From Candidatus Saccharimonadota bacterium (GTDB lineage Bacteria > Pseudomonadota > Gammaproteobacteria > Enterobacterales > Enterobacteriaceae): DNA of 32,000 bases. Made by a program: the position numbers and the translations under genes. The notes beneath the pieces were generated by a model. The model worked only from the letters and a program-made list of their open reading frames with translations. It searched no databases and was not told where the DNA came from. Each line of letters begins with the position of its first letter. The first letter of the stretch is position 1. The DNA is taken from positions 150,001 through 182,000 of the forward strand of contig CP145874.1 of assembly GCA_041942055.1 (NCBI GenBank). The letters are read 5' to 3'. Shown in pieces: positions 1 to 9,312 of this stretch.

Positions 1-681
1 AGATTCTAATATCTTAATACGCTTAGCTAATTTTTTACGCTTATTTTCAGATGTAGTTATGTCAATTTCTTCACGAAGTTGTTTACACTCACTTTGTAAA
101 TTTATATTTCTTAATAGATGCTGAATAGCTTCTGCTCCCATTTTAGCTTCAAATTCATCACCAAACTCTTCTAAGGCCTCAAAATATTGCCTTTCGGTTA
201 AAATTTGCCCACGTTCTAAATTGCTGATTCCTTCATCAACAATCACATATGATTCAAAATATAAAATACGTTCTATATCACGAAGTTGCATATCTAATAA
301 TAAACCTATACGTGATGGTAAAGACTTTAAAAACCAAATATGTGCTATGGGAGAAGCAAGTTCGATATGTGCCATGCGTTCTCTACGCACTTTAGTTTGT
401 GTCACTTCAACACCACATTTTTCACAAATTACACCTCTATGCTTAAGACGTTTATATTTTCCACATAAGCATTCATAATCTTTTATTGGTCCAAAAATGC
501 GTGCACAAAATAAACCATCACGTTCGGGTTTAAACGTACGATAATTAATGGTTTCAGGTTTTTTGACCTCTCCAAAAGACCAAGAACGAATCATATCTGG
601 TGAGGCTAAAGAAATTTTAATAGCATCAAATTCTTTAGTTTTACCTGGTTGCGACTTTAGAAGTTTTAGTAAGTGTTTCAC
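1..681 (-). CDS. rpoC: DNA-directed RNA polymerase subunit beta' (first 227 codons; 3' end runs off the window)
   Basis: Absent from the ORF track because it has no stop codon in the window. The minus-strand frame from GTG (681-679) reads [111 protein letters not shown]..., close to the E. coli RpoC N-terminus including the Zn-binding cysteines. A GGGAG Shine-Dalgarno lies at plus 689-693, 7 nt upstream. It sits directly downstream of rpoB as in the canonical operon, and E. coli rpoC also starts with GTG. Confidence 0.95.
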   Translation of the reverse strand, partial: MKHLLKLLKSQPGKTKEFDAIKISLASPDMIRSWSFGEVKKPETINYRTFKPERDGLFCARIFGPIKDYECLCGKYKRLKHRGVICEKCGVEVTQTKVRRERMAHIELASPIAHIWFLKSLPSRIGLLLDMQLRDIERILYFESYVIVDEGISNLERGQILTERQYFEALEEFGDEFEAKMGAEAIQHLLRNINLQSECKQLREEIDITTSENKRKKLAKRIKILES

Positions 682-731
682 AAATCAACTCCCTACGGGT
701 ATAAAAATAATACAGTTTCAGTAATTTAGTG

Positions 732-3700
732 TTATTGCTTATCTTCTAATTCTAGATTTATTCCTAATGATCTAATTTCTTTTACTAGAACATTAAATGA
801 TTCTGGCATCCCGGGTTCCATTTCATGATTACCATCTACAATATTTTTATACATTTTGGTTCTACCATTCACATCATCAGATTTAATAGTCAGCATTTCT
901 TGTAGAGTATAAGCTGCTCCATATGCTTCTAAAGCCCAAACTTCCATCTCACCAAAACGTTGTCCACCAAATTGTGCTTTACCACCCAAAGGTTGTTGTG
1001 TAACTAGACTATAAGAACCAGTAGAACGAGCATGCATTTTATCATCAACCAAATGATTTAATTTTAACATATACATATATCCAACTGTAACAGGACGTTC
1101 AAATTTATCTCCCGTACGTCCATCAAATAAAGTAATTTGACCAGAGGGGGGTAACTCAGCTAATTGGAGCATTTCTTTAATTTCTGCTTCAGTAGCTCCA
1201 TCAAATACGGGGGTAGCAATTGGTACACCTTTTCGGAGATTGTTGGCTAATTGTAGAATTTCTGAATTAGAAAAAGTATTTAAATCTACCTTTTTTCTTA
1301 ATTTTACTCCTATCTCATACACTTTTTTAATAAAACTCCGTAAAATTGCAGCTGAAGTATGTTTTTTTAACAAAATATTAATTTTATCTCCAATGCCTTT
1401 AGCTGCCATTCCTAAATGAGTTTCTAAAATTTGACCAATATTCATTCTAGAGGGAACACCTAAAGGATTTAAAACAATATCTACTGGCACACCATTTTCA
1501 TCATATGGCATGTCTTCGATTGGATTAATTTTAGATATTACTCCTTTATTACCATGTCGACCAGCAATTTTATCTCCAAGTTGAATTGGACGTTTTACCG
1601 CTAAGTAAACTTTCACTACTTTTAATACTCCTGGAGCTAAATCATCACCCTGAGTGATTTTCTTACATTTTTCTTCATATTCCGATTTTAAGTGATCTTT
1701 TAACTCAGTGAATTGACGAAGAAGGTTATCTAATTCTTTGGGTCTATTTTCTTCAGGATCTAAATGAATATTTAATTCGTGTTCCCGTGTAAATAAATTC
1801 CACTTTTCTTTTTGGATTCCCAATGATGATAAGATCTTTTTTATGGTTGATTCGAATTTAGTTTGTAAAAATTCTAATTGCTCTGAATAATCCTTGTTTG
1901 CTTGACTAATTAACATTTCTTCTATTTCAAGACTTCTCTTATCTTTTTCTAGACCGTCACGGGTAAATATTTGCACATCAATCACTGAACCTGATACCCC
2001 ATTTGGAACACGTAGAGAAGAATCCTTAACATCTGAAGCTTTTTCTCCGAAAATGGCTCTTAAGAGCTTCTCTTCAGGTGTTAATTGAGTTTCACCTTTA
2101 GGTGTAACTTTTCCTACTAAAATATCACCTCCTGAAACCTCCGCACCAATATAAACAATACCAGATTCATCTAATTTAGATAATGCTGTTTCACTAACAT
2201 TTGGTATATCTGATGTAATTTCTTCAGCACCTAATTTGGTATCACGAGAAATACAAGATAATTCCTGAATATGAATACTAGTCAAAACATCTTCATGCAC
2301 TAGACGTTCAGAAATAAGAATTGAATCTTCAAAATTATAACCATGCCATGGCATAAATGCTACTCGCATATTGTGACCCAATGCCAGTTCGCCCAAATCA
2401 ATAGATGGTCCATCCGCTAAAAGATCTCCTGCATTTACTAACTCACCTACTGAGACACAAGGCTTATGATTAATACATGTATTTTGATTTGAACGAGAAA
2501 ATTTAATTAAATTATAGATATCAATTCCTGTTGTACTTGAAGTTACTTCATTGTCTTTAACTTTAACTACAATCTTAGATGCATCCACATATTCTATTTC
2601 TCCACCACGTTGAGCCATTACTGCAACTCCTGAATCAATAGCTACTGTTCTTTCCATACCGGTACCTACTAAAGGTTTTTCTGCTCGTAATATTGGTACG
2701 GCTTGACGCTGCATATTTGCTCCCATTAAAGCACGATTAGCATCATCATGTTCTAAAAATGGTATAAGCGATGCTCCTACCGATACTAATTGCTGAGGAG
2801 CAATATCAATATAATTAATTAGTTTACGATTGCATAAAGCTGATTCTCCTTTAGCACGACAAGCTAATACTTCTTCTTTTAAACAATCATTTTCATCTAA
2901 AGAAGCATTTGCAGGAGCAATAATATAATTGGTTTCTTGTATTGCCGAGAGATAATGAATGTCATCGGTTACTTTTCCTTCATGTACTACTCGGTAGGGA
3001 GTTTCTAGAAAACCATACTTATTTGTTTGAGCATATACTGATAAAGAATTAATTAAACCAATATTTGGTCCTTCTGGAGTTTCTATAGGACATAATCTGC
3101 CGTAATGACTTGGATGAACATCTCTCACTTCAAATCCCGCTCGTTCTCTTGTTAATCCTCCTGGACCTAAAGCTGAAATGCGACGTTTATGAGTTACTTC
3201 GGATAAAGGATTAGTTTGATCCATAAATTGAGATAACTGACTTGAAATAAAAAATTCTTTTATAGCAGCAGAAATAGGTTTTGCATTTACTAAATCTTGT
3301 GGAGTTAGATCAGCAGCCGAATCACCTAAAGATAATCTCTCTTTTATTGCTCGTTCTAAACGTATCAAACCCATACGAAATTGATTTTCAATCATTTCAC
3401 CCACTGAACGAATTCTACGATTTCCTAGATGATCGATATCATCTATGGATCCTTTGCCATCACGAATACTAATCAGTTTTTTTATAACATTTATAATATC
3501 CTGGGGAGTTAAAATTCCTGAACTTTGAACTTCTTGGTGATTTACTGAAAGATTTAATTTCATGCGTCCTACTGCTGATAAATCATATTTTTCTTCGGAA
3601 AAAAATAGATTTTTAAATAAAACTTCAGCATTATCGCCGGTTGGTGGTTCTCCTGGACGCATTACACGATAAATATCAATTAAAGCACTAGATTTATTAG

Positions 3701-4781
3701 TGGAAGAATCAATACGCATTGTGTCTGAGATATAAGGTCCATGATCAAGATCATTAGTAAATATAGTGTCAATAATGTTGTATCCATTTTTACTCAATTT
3801 ATCTAATAATTCTAAGGTTAATTTACTGTTGGCACTACAAATTAATTCTCCTGTAACAGTATTATAGTAATTTTTAGCAATGACTTTACCTATAATATAT
3901 TCCATGGGAACTTCAATTTCTTTTAAAGAATTTTTTTTCAAAAGACGAATATGTTTAGATGTAATACGCCTACCTTTTTCAACATAAATAATACCATTAG
4001 ATTCAATATTAAAAGGAATAGTTTCTCCCCTTAATCTTTCAGGAACTAATTCCATTTTTAATTGATTATTTTTTATTTCAAATACTGTTTTATCAAAAAA
4101 AATCTCAAGAATATCTTCCGTACTATAATTCATAGCACGTAAAATCACAGTAACTGGTAATTTACGACGTCTATCTATGCGAAGAAACAAATGATCTTTC
4201 GGATCAAATTCAAAATCTAACCATGATCCTCGATATGGGATAATACGTGCATTATACAAAACTTTTCCTGAAGAATGAGTTTTTCCTTTATCACTATCAA
4301 AAAACACTCCTGGACTACGATGTAATTGCGATACTATAACTCTTTCAATTCCATTGATTACAAAAGTGCCATTTGGTGTCATAAGAGGAATTTCTCCCAT
4401 ATATACTTCCTGTTCTTTGGTATATTTAACCTTTTCCGAACTGGAATCTTCTCGATCATATATTACTAGACGTACTAGAACCCGTAAGGAAGCGGAAAAG
4501 GTTAATCCGCGTATTTGACACTCGTTTACATTAAATATAGGATTACCTAGTCGATAACTAATATACTGTAATTCATAATTACAATTATGATTGATAATAG
4601 GAAAAATGGAACGAAATGCAGCTTCTAAACCCGAATCACCTTTATAATCTTTAGAAACAAATTGTTGAAACGAATCCAGCTGGATAGAAAGAAGATATGG
4701 AACATCTAATAAGAGTGAACGTTTACCAAAATCCTTCCGAATGCGTTTTTTTTCTGTATGGGAATAATAAAAATGAGCCAT
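732..4781 (-). CDS. rpoB: DNA-directed RNA polymerase subunit beta
   Basis: 1349-aa ORF colinear with E. coli RpoB (1342 aa). Long identical blocks include [44 protein letters not shown] and [27 protein letters not shown] start and TAA stop. Confidence 0.99.
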   Translation of the reverse strand: MAHFYYSHTEKKRIRKDFGKRSLLLDVPYLLSIQLDSFQQFVSKDYKGDSGLEAAFRSIFPIINHNCNYELQYISYRLGNPIFNVNECQIRGLTFSASLRVLVRLVIYDREDSSSEKVKYTKEQEVYMGEIPLMTPNGTFVINGIERVIVSQLHRSPGVFFDSDKGKTHSSGKVLYNARIIPYRGSWLDFEFDPKDHLFLRIDRRRKLPVTVILRAMNYSTEDILEIFFDKTVFEIKNNQLKMELVPERLRGETIPFNIESNGIIYVEKGRRITSKHIRLLKKNSLKEIEVPMEYIIGKVIAKNYYNTVTGELICSANSKLTLELLDKLSKNGYNIIDTIFTNDLDHGPYISDTMRIDSSTNKSSALIDIYRVMRPGEPPTGDNAEVLFKNLFFSEEKYDLSAVGRMKLNLSVNHQEVQSSGILTPQDIINVIKKLISIRDGKGSIDDIDHLGNRRIRSVGEMIENQFRMGLIRLERAIKERLSLGDSAADLTPQDLVNAKPISAAIKEFFISSQLSQFMDQTNPLSEVTHKRRISALGPGGLTRERAGFEVRDVHPSHYGRLCPIETPEGPNIGLINSLSVYAQTNKYGFLETPYRVVHEGKVTDDIHYLSAIQETNYIIAPANASLDENDCLKEEVLACRAKGESALCNRKLINYIDIAPQQLVSVGASLIPFLEHDDANRALMGANMQRQAVPILRAEKPLVGTGMERTVAIDSGVAVMAQRGGEIEYVDASKIVVKVKDNEVTSSTTGIDIYNLIKFSRSNQNTCINHKPCVSVGELVNAGDLLADGPSIDLGELALGHNMRVAFMPWHGYNFEDSILISERLVHEDVLTSIHIQELSCISRDTKLGAEEITSDIPNVSETALSKLDESGIVYIGAEVSGGDILVGKVTPKGETQLTPEEKLLRAIFGEKASDVKDSSLRVPNGVSGSVIDVQIFTRDGLEKDKRSLEIEEMLISQANKDYSEQLEFLQTKFESTIKKILSSLGIQKEKWNLFTREHELNIHLDPEENRPKELDNLLRQFTELKDHLKSEYEEKCKKITQGDDLAPGVLKVVKVYLAVKRPIQLGDKIAGRHGNKGVISKINPIEDMPYDENGVPVDIVLNPLGVPSRMNIGQILETHLGMAAKGIGDKINILLKKHTSAAILRSFIKKVYEIGVKLRKKVDLNTFSNSEILQLANNLRKGVPIATPVFDGATEAEIKEMLQLAELPPSGQITLFDGRTGDKFERPVTVGYMYMLKLNHLVDDKMHARSTGSYSLVTQQPLGGKAQFGGQRFGEMEVWALEAYGAAYTLQEMLTIKSDDVNGRTKMYKNIVDGNHEMEPGMPESFNVLVKEIRSLGINLELEDKQ

Positions 4782-4881
4782 AAATTTTGGAGTTCCTTAG
4801 CTTATGGAAAAATGAATACAAGATTCTTTGGTCCTACTGAATTTAAATTGAAAACTTGTCAACCATCTAATTTTCTTGATA

Positions 4882-4934
4882 ACAAAAAACATCAGGTACA
4901 AATAGCAAAGTATTAATAACCCGCTTATGATGTT
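4882..4934 (-). terminator. Candidate attenuator hairpin plus U-run in the rplL-rpoB spacer
   Basis: The minus-strand transcript reads AACATCA-(34 nt)-TGATGTT followed by TTTTGTT. The arms lie at plus 4928-4934 and 4888-4894, and the A-run at 4884-4889 partly overlaps the 3' arm. Its position matches the known partial terminator between rplL and rpoB in E. coli. The stem is short and the loop large, so this is weak. Confidence 0.25.
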
Positions 4935-4973
4935 ACACCATACATTAGTAGCATTAGACATTAATTTAATAGC

Positions 4974-5351
4974 TTATTTAAGTTCAATAGAAGCACCAGC
5001 CTTTTCTAAAGATTCTTTGATAGTATTAGCGTTCTCTTTACTAATACCTTGTTTAATTACAACTGGTGCTGATTCAACCAGATCTTTAGCATCTTTTAAT
5101 CCTAACCCTGTTATTCCTCGTACTGCTTTAATTAAAGCGATCTTATTATTACCAATTGCAGTTAAAACTACATCAAACTCGGTTTGTTCTTCTACTTCTT
5201 CACTGGTTGATTCTTTTGAACTAATAGAAGAAACCGTTAGAGCCGCTGAAACTCCAAACTTTTCTTCTATAGCCGAAACCAAATTTGTAATTTCCATTAC
5301 AGACATTTTGGCAAGAGTTTGTATGATATCTTCTTGAGTGATAATAGACAT
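4974..5351 (-). CDS. rplL: 50S ribosomal protein L7/L12
   Basis: 125 aa. The N-terminal block ([20 protein letters not shown]) and the C-terminal domain ([27 protein letters not shown]) match E. coli RplL. The hinge is Ser/Glu-rich rather than Ala-rich. Confidence 0.98.
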   Translation of the reverse strand: MSIITQEDIIQTLAKMSVMEITNLVSAIEEKFGVSAALTVSSISSKESTSEEVEEQTEFDVVLTAIGNNKIALIKAVRGITGLGLKDAKDLVESAPVVIKQGISKENANTIKESLEKAGASIELK

Positions 5352-5423
5352 AATAATTATTATTCCTAATAGTTAGTAATAATTTATAAATTAACCAAAA
5401 ACAATAAATAATCCTTTTATTAT

Positions 5424-5939
5424 CTAGGTTAAATTAGTAGAATCCAGATTTTTTTCATTCTTATATGCTATAAGAGTTCTAATTAACTTACCAACAGCTG
5501 CTTCTTGTAAAACTCTTATGAAACTTACTAATGCTTCTTCGTAAGTTGGAAGTTTTGCTAACTGATCTATTTCTTTTTCTGTTAGCATTAATTTTCCTTC
5601 AAAATATGCTGCTTTAACCTTGAAAGTGAGATTTTTTTTAGCAAAATCCTGTAATAAGCGAGCCGCTGCTCCTGGATATTGATAAGCAAAAGCAATTAAT
5701 GTAGGACCATTTAATAAATCTTCTAGAGTTTCAAATGATGTTTCCTTCACAATCAGGCGTAATAAAGTATTGCGTACAACATGCATAGATACACCTAATT
5801 CACGACCTGCTTTTCGTAAAACATTTATTTGATTTACTGTTATTCCACGATTTTCTGCTATTACTACTGATACTGCTTTTTTCGCCATTTCCTTTAGTTC
5901 TTTTATAATAGCTTGTTTTATTTTTAATTTTAATGCCAT
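5424..5939 (-). CDS. rplJ: 50S ribosomal protein L10
   Basis: 171 aa, located between rplA and rplL. L10-like sequence (RGITVNQINVLRKAGRELGVSMHVVRNTLLR). Confidence 0.97.
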   Translation of the reverse strand: MALKLKIKQAIIKELKEMAKKAVSVVIAENRGITVNQINVLRKAGRELGVSMHVVRNTLLRLIVKETSFETLEDLLNGPTLIAFAYQYPGAAARLLQDFAKKNLTFKVKAAYFEGKLMLTEKEIDQLAKLPTYEEALVSFIRVLQEAAVGKLIRTLIAYKNEKNLDSTNLT

Positions 5940-5990
5940 TGTTCTTTTTTTACTCCAGCAAGAAGAATATTGGTTAATTAAATTAGTTAG

Positions 5991-6692
5991 TTAAGCTCTT
6001 AATCTGAAACTAGATTGATCTATATCTATACCTCCACCCATAGTACTAGATAAGTGAACTTTTTTAATATATAAACCCTTGATTTGAGAAGGTTTAATTT
6101 TTATAAGTGCTTCCAATAGACATTCTAAATTTTCTTTCAGATGACTACATGGAAAATCTATTTTACCTATAGTATTATGAACAATACCGTATTTGTCATT
6201 GCGATAATGGATTTGTCCTTTTTTGGCTTTTTTGACAGTTTCACCAATATTATTACTAACCGTTCCCATTTTGGGATTCGGCATTAATCCTCGTGGTCCT
6301 AATATTGGACCTAATTGACTCACGAACTGCATAACATCAGGTGATGCGATAACAATGTCAAAATTTATTTGTCCAGCTTTAATTATTTTAGCTAATTCAT
6401 TCATTCCCACTAATTCAGCACCGGCTTGTTTTGCACTAAATATATTTTCTCCTTGAGTAAATACAGCTACTCTGGGTACTTTACCAATACCATGTGGTAA
6501 AACTACACTTCCACGAATCACTTGCTGAGTTTTGCGTACATCAATGCCCAAATTGATAGCAACATCTACGCTTTCAATAAAATTAGTACTGGCTAATTCT
6601 TTCAAAATAATTACAGCTTCTTCAAATGAATACTGCTTATTTTTATTAATTTTATCACGAATAACCATCTGGCGCTTAAACAATTTAGACAT
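5991..6692 (-). CDS. rplA: 50S ribosomal protein L1
   Basis: 233 aa with L1 motifs ([37 protein letters not shown]). Follows rplK after a 2-nt gap. Confidence 0.98.
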   Translation of the reverse strand: MSKLFKRQMVIRDKINKNKQYSFEEAVIILKELASTNFIESVDVAINLGIDVRKTQQVIRGSVVLPHGIGKVPRVAVFTQGENIFSAKQAGAELVGMNELAKIIKAGQINFDIVIASPDVMQFVSQLGPILGPRGLMPNPKMGTVSNNIGETVKKAKKGQIHYRNDKYGIVHNTIGKIDFPCSHLKENLECLLEALIKIKPSQIKGLYIKKVHLSSTMGGGIDIDQSSFRLRA

Positions 6693-6694
6693 TT

Positions 6695-7126
6695 TTAATC
6701 CTTTATTATATTCAATCCCATTGAAATAGCTGTACCTTTAATACAGCTAATCATAGCTTCAATATCAGCTCCGGTTAAATCAGCAGCTTTAGCTAATGCT
6801 ATTTCACGAAGTTGTCTATAAGTTATATTACCGATCTTTTCTTGATTTGGTTTACCGGATCCTGCTACAATTCCAGCCGCTTTTTTTAATAAAGCCACAG
6901 CTGGAGGAGTTTTTATGATAAATGTAAAAGAACGATCCGAATAAACTGTAATAATAACAGGAAGTGGTAATCCTTTTTCATAACTTTCCGTTTTAGTATT
7001 AAAAGACTTACAAAATTCCATAATATTTACTCCTTGTTGACCTAACGCGGGTCCAACGGGGGGAGTTGGATTAGCCATGCCAGCAGCAATTTGTAATTTT
7101 ACATAAGCTTGTACTTTTTTAGCCAT
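6695..7126 (-). CDS. rplK: 50S ribosomal protein L11
   Basis: 143 aa. [43 protein letters not shown] is nearly identical to E. coli L11. Confidence 0.99.
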   Translation of the reverse strand: MAKKVQAYVKLQIAAGMANPTPPVGPALGQQGVNIMEFCKSFNTKTESYEKGLPLPVIITVYSDRSFTFIIKTPPAVALLKKAAGIVAGSGKPNQEKIGNITYRQLREIALAKAADLTGADIEAMISCIKGTAISMGLNIIKD

Positions 7127-7168
7127 TTTTATTTCCTTAAAAAATCCGTAAAGTACGATGCCAGAAAA

Positions 7169-7717
7169 TTAACCTTTATCAACTTGATGAAAATATAACT
7201 CTACTGGAGTAGAACGTCCGAAAATTAATACTGAAACTGTCAAACAATTTTTTTCGTAATCTATTTCTTCAACTACTCCATGAAAATCTGCAAAAGGTCC
7301 TTCATTGACTCTAATGATTTCTCCAGCTTCAAATAATACTTTAGGTTTTGGTTTTTCTTCTGCTCGTTTAATGCGTTTTAATATTGCTTTAAATTCTTGT
7401 TCGGTTAATGGAATTGGATGATCCGCTGTTCCTCCTATAAATCCCATAATTCGTGGAACATTACGTACTAAATGCCAACTATCTTCATTCATAATCATTT
7501 GTACTAATACATAACCTGGAAAAAATTTACGTTCACTTTTACGACGTTGGCCGTGTTTCATTTCAAGTACTTCTTCAACGGGAACCATAATTTTTCCAAA
7601 AAATCTCTCCATATTATGTAATTCTATATGATCTTGTAATAATTTAGCTGCATCTTTTTCAGAACCTGATAAAGACTGTACAACATACCAATGCATATTT
7701 GATAATGCTTCAAACAT
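7169..7717 (-). CDS. nusG: Transcription termination/antitermination factor NusG
   Basis: 182 aa. WYVVQ...[19 protein letters not shown]...[16 protein letters not shown]...[17 protein letters not shown] is colinear with E. coli NusG. Confidence 0.98.
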   Translation of the reverse strand: MFEALSNMHWYVVQSLSGSEKDAAKLLQDHIELHNMERFFGKIMVPVEEVLEMKHGQRRKSERKFFPGYVLVQMIMNEDSWHLVRNVPRIMGFIGGTADHPIPLTEQEFKAILKRIKRAEEKPKPKVLFEAGEIIRVNEGPFADFHGVVEEIDYEKNCLTVSVLIFGRSTPVELYFHQVDKG

Positions 7718-7718
7718 T

Positions 7719-8066
7719 TCAAAACCTCAGACCAGTTAGGAACCGCACTAAATGAAATAAGATTCCATCTAATATCCATAATATTATGGAAATAACCGCA
7801 GTTATTCCAATAACAATAAAGGTAGTATATAAAGTTTCCTGACTCGAAGGCCACATTACTTTACGAGCTTCATTTTTGGCTTCCTGAAAAATTTCTAATA
7901 TCCATTTTCCTTGATTAGTTAGGATAGCTATACTACTTCCCATTCCAATAAGAAGAAGAAGAGTAAGTATTCGTATAGATAATTTCATATTGGCATAATG
8001 AGGATTACCTACTATTGCTATCATAAAAAAAATAATAATAACAGCTAGCCATTTTAAAACATCCAA
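7719..8066 (-). CDS. secE: Preprotein translocase subunit SecE
   Basis: 115 aa. The C-terminal half ([50 protein letters not shown]) matches E. coli SecE. The start codon is TTG (8066-8064), the first possible start after an in-frame TAA. An AAGGAG lies 11 nt upstream (plus 8078-8083). The exact start is less certain than the gene call. Confidence 0.93.
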   Translation of the reverse strand: MDVLKWLAVIIIFFMIAIVGNPHYANMKLSIRILTLLLLIGMGSSIAILTNQGKWILEIFQEAKNEARKVMWPSSQETLYTTFIVIGITAVISIILWILDGILFHLVRFLTGLRF

Positions 8067-8197
8067 ACTATGAGTGCTCCTTAATAATTAACGCTAATAT
8101 AACGAACTAATAAAAAGTTTTGAATATTATTTATATTAGCAGTATAACAAAGTTTTAGATTTTATAGCACGTTAAATTAATGGTCAGATCAATTTGA

Positions 8198-8270
8198 TGC
8201 TGATAGGCAGAATCGAACTGCCGACCTCACCCTTACCAAAGGTGTACTCTACCAACTGAGCTATATCAGC
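8198..8270 (-). tRNA. thrT: tRNA-Thr (anticodon GGU), thrT-like
   Basis: The reverse complement GCTGATATAGCTCAGTTGGTAGAGTACACCTTTGGTAAGGGTGAGGTCGGCAGTTCGATTCTGCCTATCAGCA folds as a cloverleaf with acceptor GCTGATA/TATCAGC and anticodon loop TTGGTAA. The 3' flank is TCA, so CCA is not encoded. Confidence 0.95.
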
Positions 8271-8299
8271 TTAACTTGTATGGTTGATTTTATTATTTA

Positions 8300-8371
8300 A
8301 GCGGATAACGGGAATCGAACCCGTATCATCAGCTTGGAAGGCTGAGGTAATAACCATTATACGATATCCGC
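8300..8371 (-). tRNA. glyT: tRNA-Gly (anticodon UCC), glyT-like
   Basis: Reverse complement GCGGATATCGTATAATGGTTATTACCTCAGCCTTCCAAGCTGATGATACGGGTTCGATTCCCGTTATCCGCT, with acceptor GCGGATA/TATCCGC and anticodon loop CTTCCAA. CCA is not encoded (flank TAA). Confidence 0.95.
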
Positions 8372-8382
8372 TAATTTTTATG

Positions 8383-8464
8383 TGGTGGGGGAAGGATTCG
8401 AACCTTCGAAGTCAATGACGGCAAATTTACAGTCTGCTCCCTTTAACCACTCGGGAACCCCACC
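8383..8464 (-). tRNA. tyrU: tRNA-Tyr (anticodon GUA), tyrU-like, long variable arm
   Basis: Reverse complement GGTGGGGTTCCCGAGTGGTTAAAGGGAGCAGACTGTAAATTTGCCGTCATTGACTTCGAAGGTTCGAATCCTTCCCCCACCA, with anticodon loop CTGTAAA. CCA is not encoded (flank CAT). Confidence 0.95.
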
Positions 8465-8484
8465 TATTTATAAAAATTTCATGA

Positions 8485-8557
8485 TGCCGGCTGCCGGAAT
8501 CGAACTGGCGACCTACTGATTACAAGTCAGTTGCTCTCCCTACTGAGCTAAGCCGGC
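8485..8557 (-). tRNA. thrU: tRNA-Thr (anticodon UGU), thrU-like
   Basis: Reverse complement GCCGGCTTAGCTCAGTAGGGAGAGCAACTGACTTGTAATCAGTAGGTCGCCAGTTCGATTCCGGCAGCCGGCA, with anticodon loop TTGTAAT. CCA is not encoded (flank TCA). The order thrU-tyrU-glyT-thrT is the same as in E. coli. Confidence 0.95.
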
Positions 8558-8586
8558 TTTATTACGGGATAGAATGAATGAAATGC

Positions 8587-8615
8587 ATTTTATGAGGATC
8601 AAGATATTTATGCAA
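8587..8615 (-). promoter_or_regulatory. Candidate sigma70 promoter of the four-tRNA operon
   Basis: The minus strand reads TTGCAT (8615-8610), a 17-nt spacer, then TAAAAT (8592-8587). The -10 element ends 29 nt upstream of the thrU 5' end. Promoter-like hexamers are common in AT-rich DNA, so this call rests on position and spacing only. Confidence 0.4.
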
Positions 8616-8824
8616 CAAATATCTATGGAAACCGAAAAAAAAATTAACTTATGGTTTAGTTCAAAAAAAATATCAAATTTATTAGCTACATGTTAATAAA
8701 AAATTTATAATATGCTAGTAGGGGGGTATATCGACGCACTAGCGTTTCCTTGGTTTATTAAAAGAAGGGGATTCTTTTTTATAAATTACTCTTCCTCCGT
8801 TGTTATATCCTTTAAGATTATACT

Positions 8825-9103
8825 GATCAATTAACCAACCTGCAGATATTTTGATCTTTGCTTTTTTGCATTGGATTGCTGATCATATATAATCTCTAGA
8901 TTCTAAGATATTTTATGAAAAAGATCTTGTGCAGTAATAGTAGTTAGGATTGAAATACCTGTGGACACCAATTATTTTTAACCAATATTATTTATTGCAA
9001 TAATAACATTATTTTTATTCATGCGTAAATATACTTTCTCTATTCAATCTATATTCAGAAGCTGATAGACGTATAATTTTTTTGTAATCATTACATATTC
9101 ACA
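8825..9103. other. oriC: Candidate replication origin core (oriC-like): GATC cluster, 13-mer-like repeats and degenerate DnaA boxes
   Basis: GATC occurs at 8825, 8853, 8881 and 8923. GATCTTTGCTTTT (8853-8865) has one mismatch to GATCTnTTnTTTT. TTAGGAT-N8-CTGTGGACAC (8944-8968) parallels E. coli oriC TTAGGAT-N9-CTGTGGATAAC. ATATTCACA lies at 9095-9103. The region lies in the only large noncoding interval, next to mnmG, and flanking genes are transcribed away from it on both sides. Confidence 0.45.
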
Positions 9104-9290
9104 AAATTCATTCAATTAATTATGCTTCAATCTTTTAAACTGCTGCGGCTTTTTATAAGAAATCAAATAAACCTCTTGTTAGGGCATATTCTACCAACGT
9201 ATTCCAATCTTCTACTGAACCAACATGCAAATACCAAGAAGCATTATTATATTTCAACTATTTTAATACCTTTTAACCGGGTAAATTATG

Positions 9291-9312
9291 AGAAGATTAT
9301 ACCTAATCTTCT
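9291..9312. repeat. Perfect 9-bp inverted repeat (AGAAGATTA-tacc-TAATCTTCT)
   Basis: Read directly from the sequence. The 8-mer AATCTTCT also occurs at 9206-9213, giving three copies (one inverted) within about 110 bp of noncoding DNA. Confidence 0.6.

Noticed and set aside
4857-4862. Perfect TTGACA (minus strand) in the rplL-rpoB spacer as an internal rpoB promoter
   Set aside because: No acceptable -10 hexamer lies at 16-18 nt spacing (CAGTAG, TCAGTA). The only TAAATT is 11 nt away.
4927-5337. 136-aa ORF antisense to rplL, and similar antisense or overlapping ORFs (221-478, 3281-3472, 6532-6729, 7624-7854, 14386-14628, 21100-21399, 23439-23657, 24363-24743, 25109-25330, 28252-28575, 29344-29532)
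   Set aside because: Each is fully embedded in, or overlaps, a highly conserved gene or tRNA on the other strand or frame. All have low-complexity composition and no start context. They are shadow ORFs of the real genes.
8592-8696. 34-aa ORF (MRIKIFMQQISMETEKK...) next to thrU
   Set aside because: It overlaps the candidate tRNA-operon promoter on the opposite strand. It also has no RBS, no recognisable homology, and a length within chance expectation.
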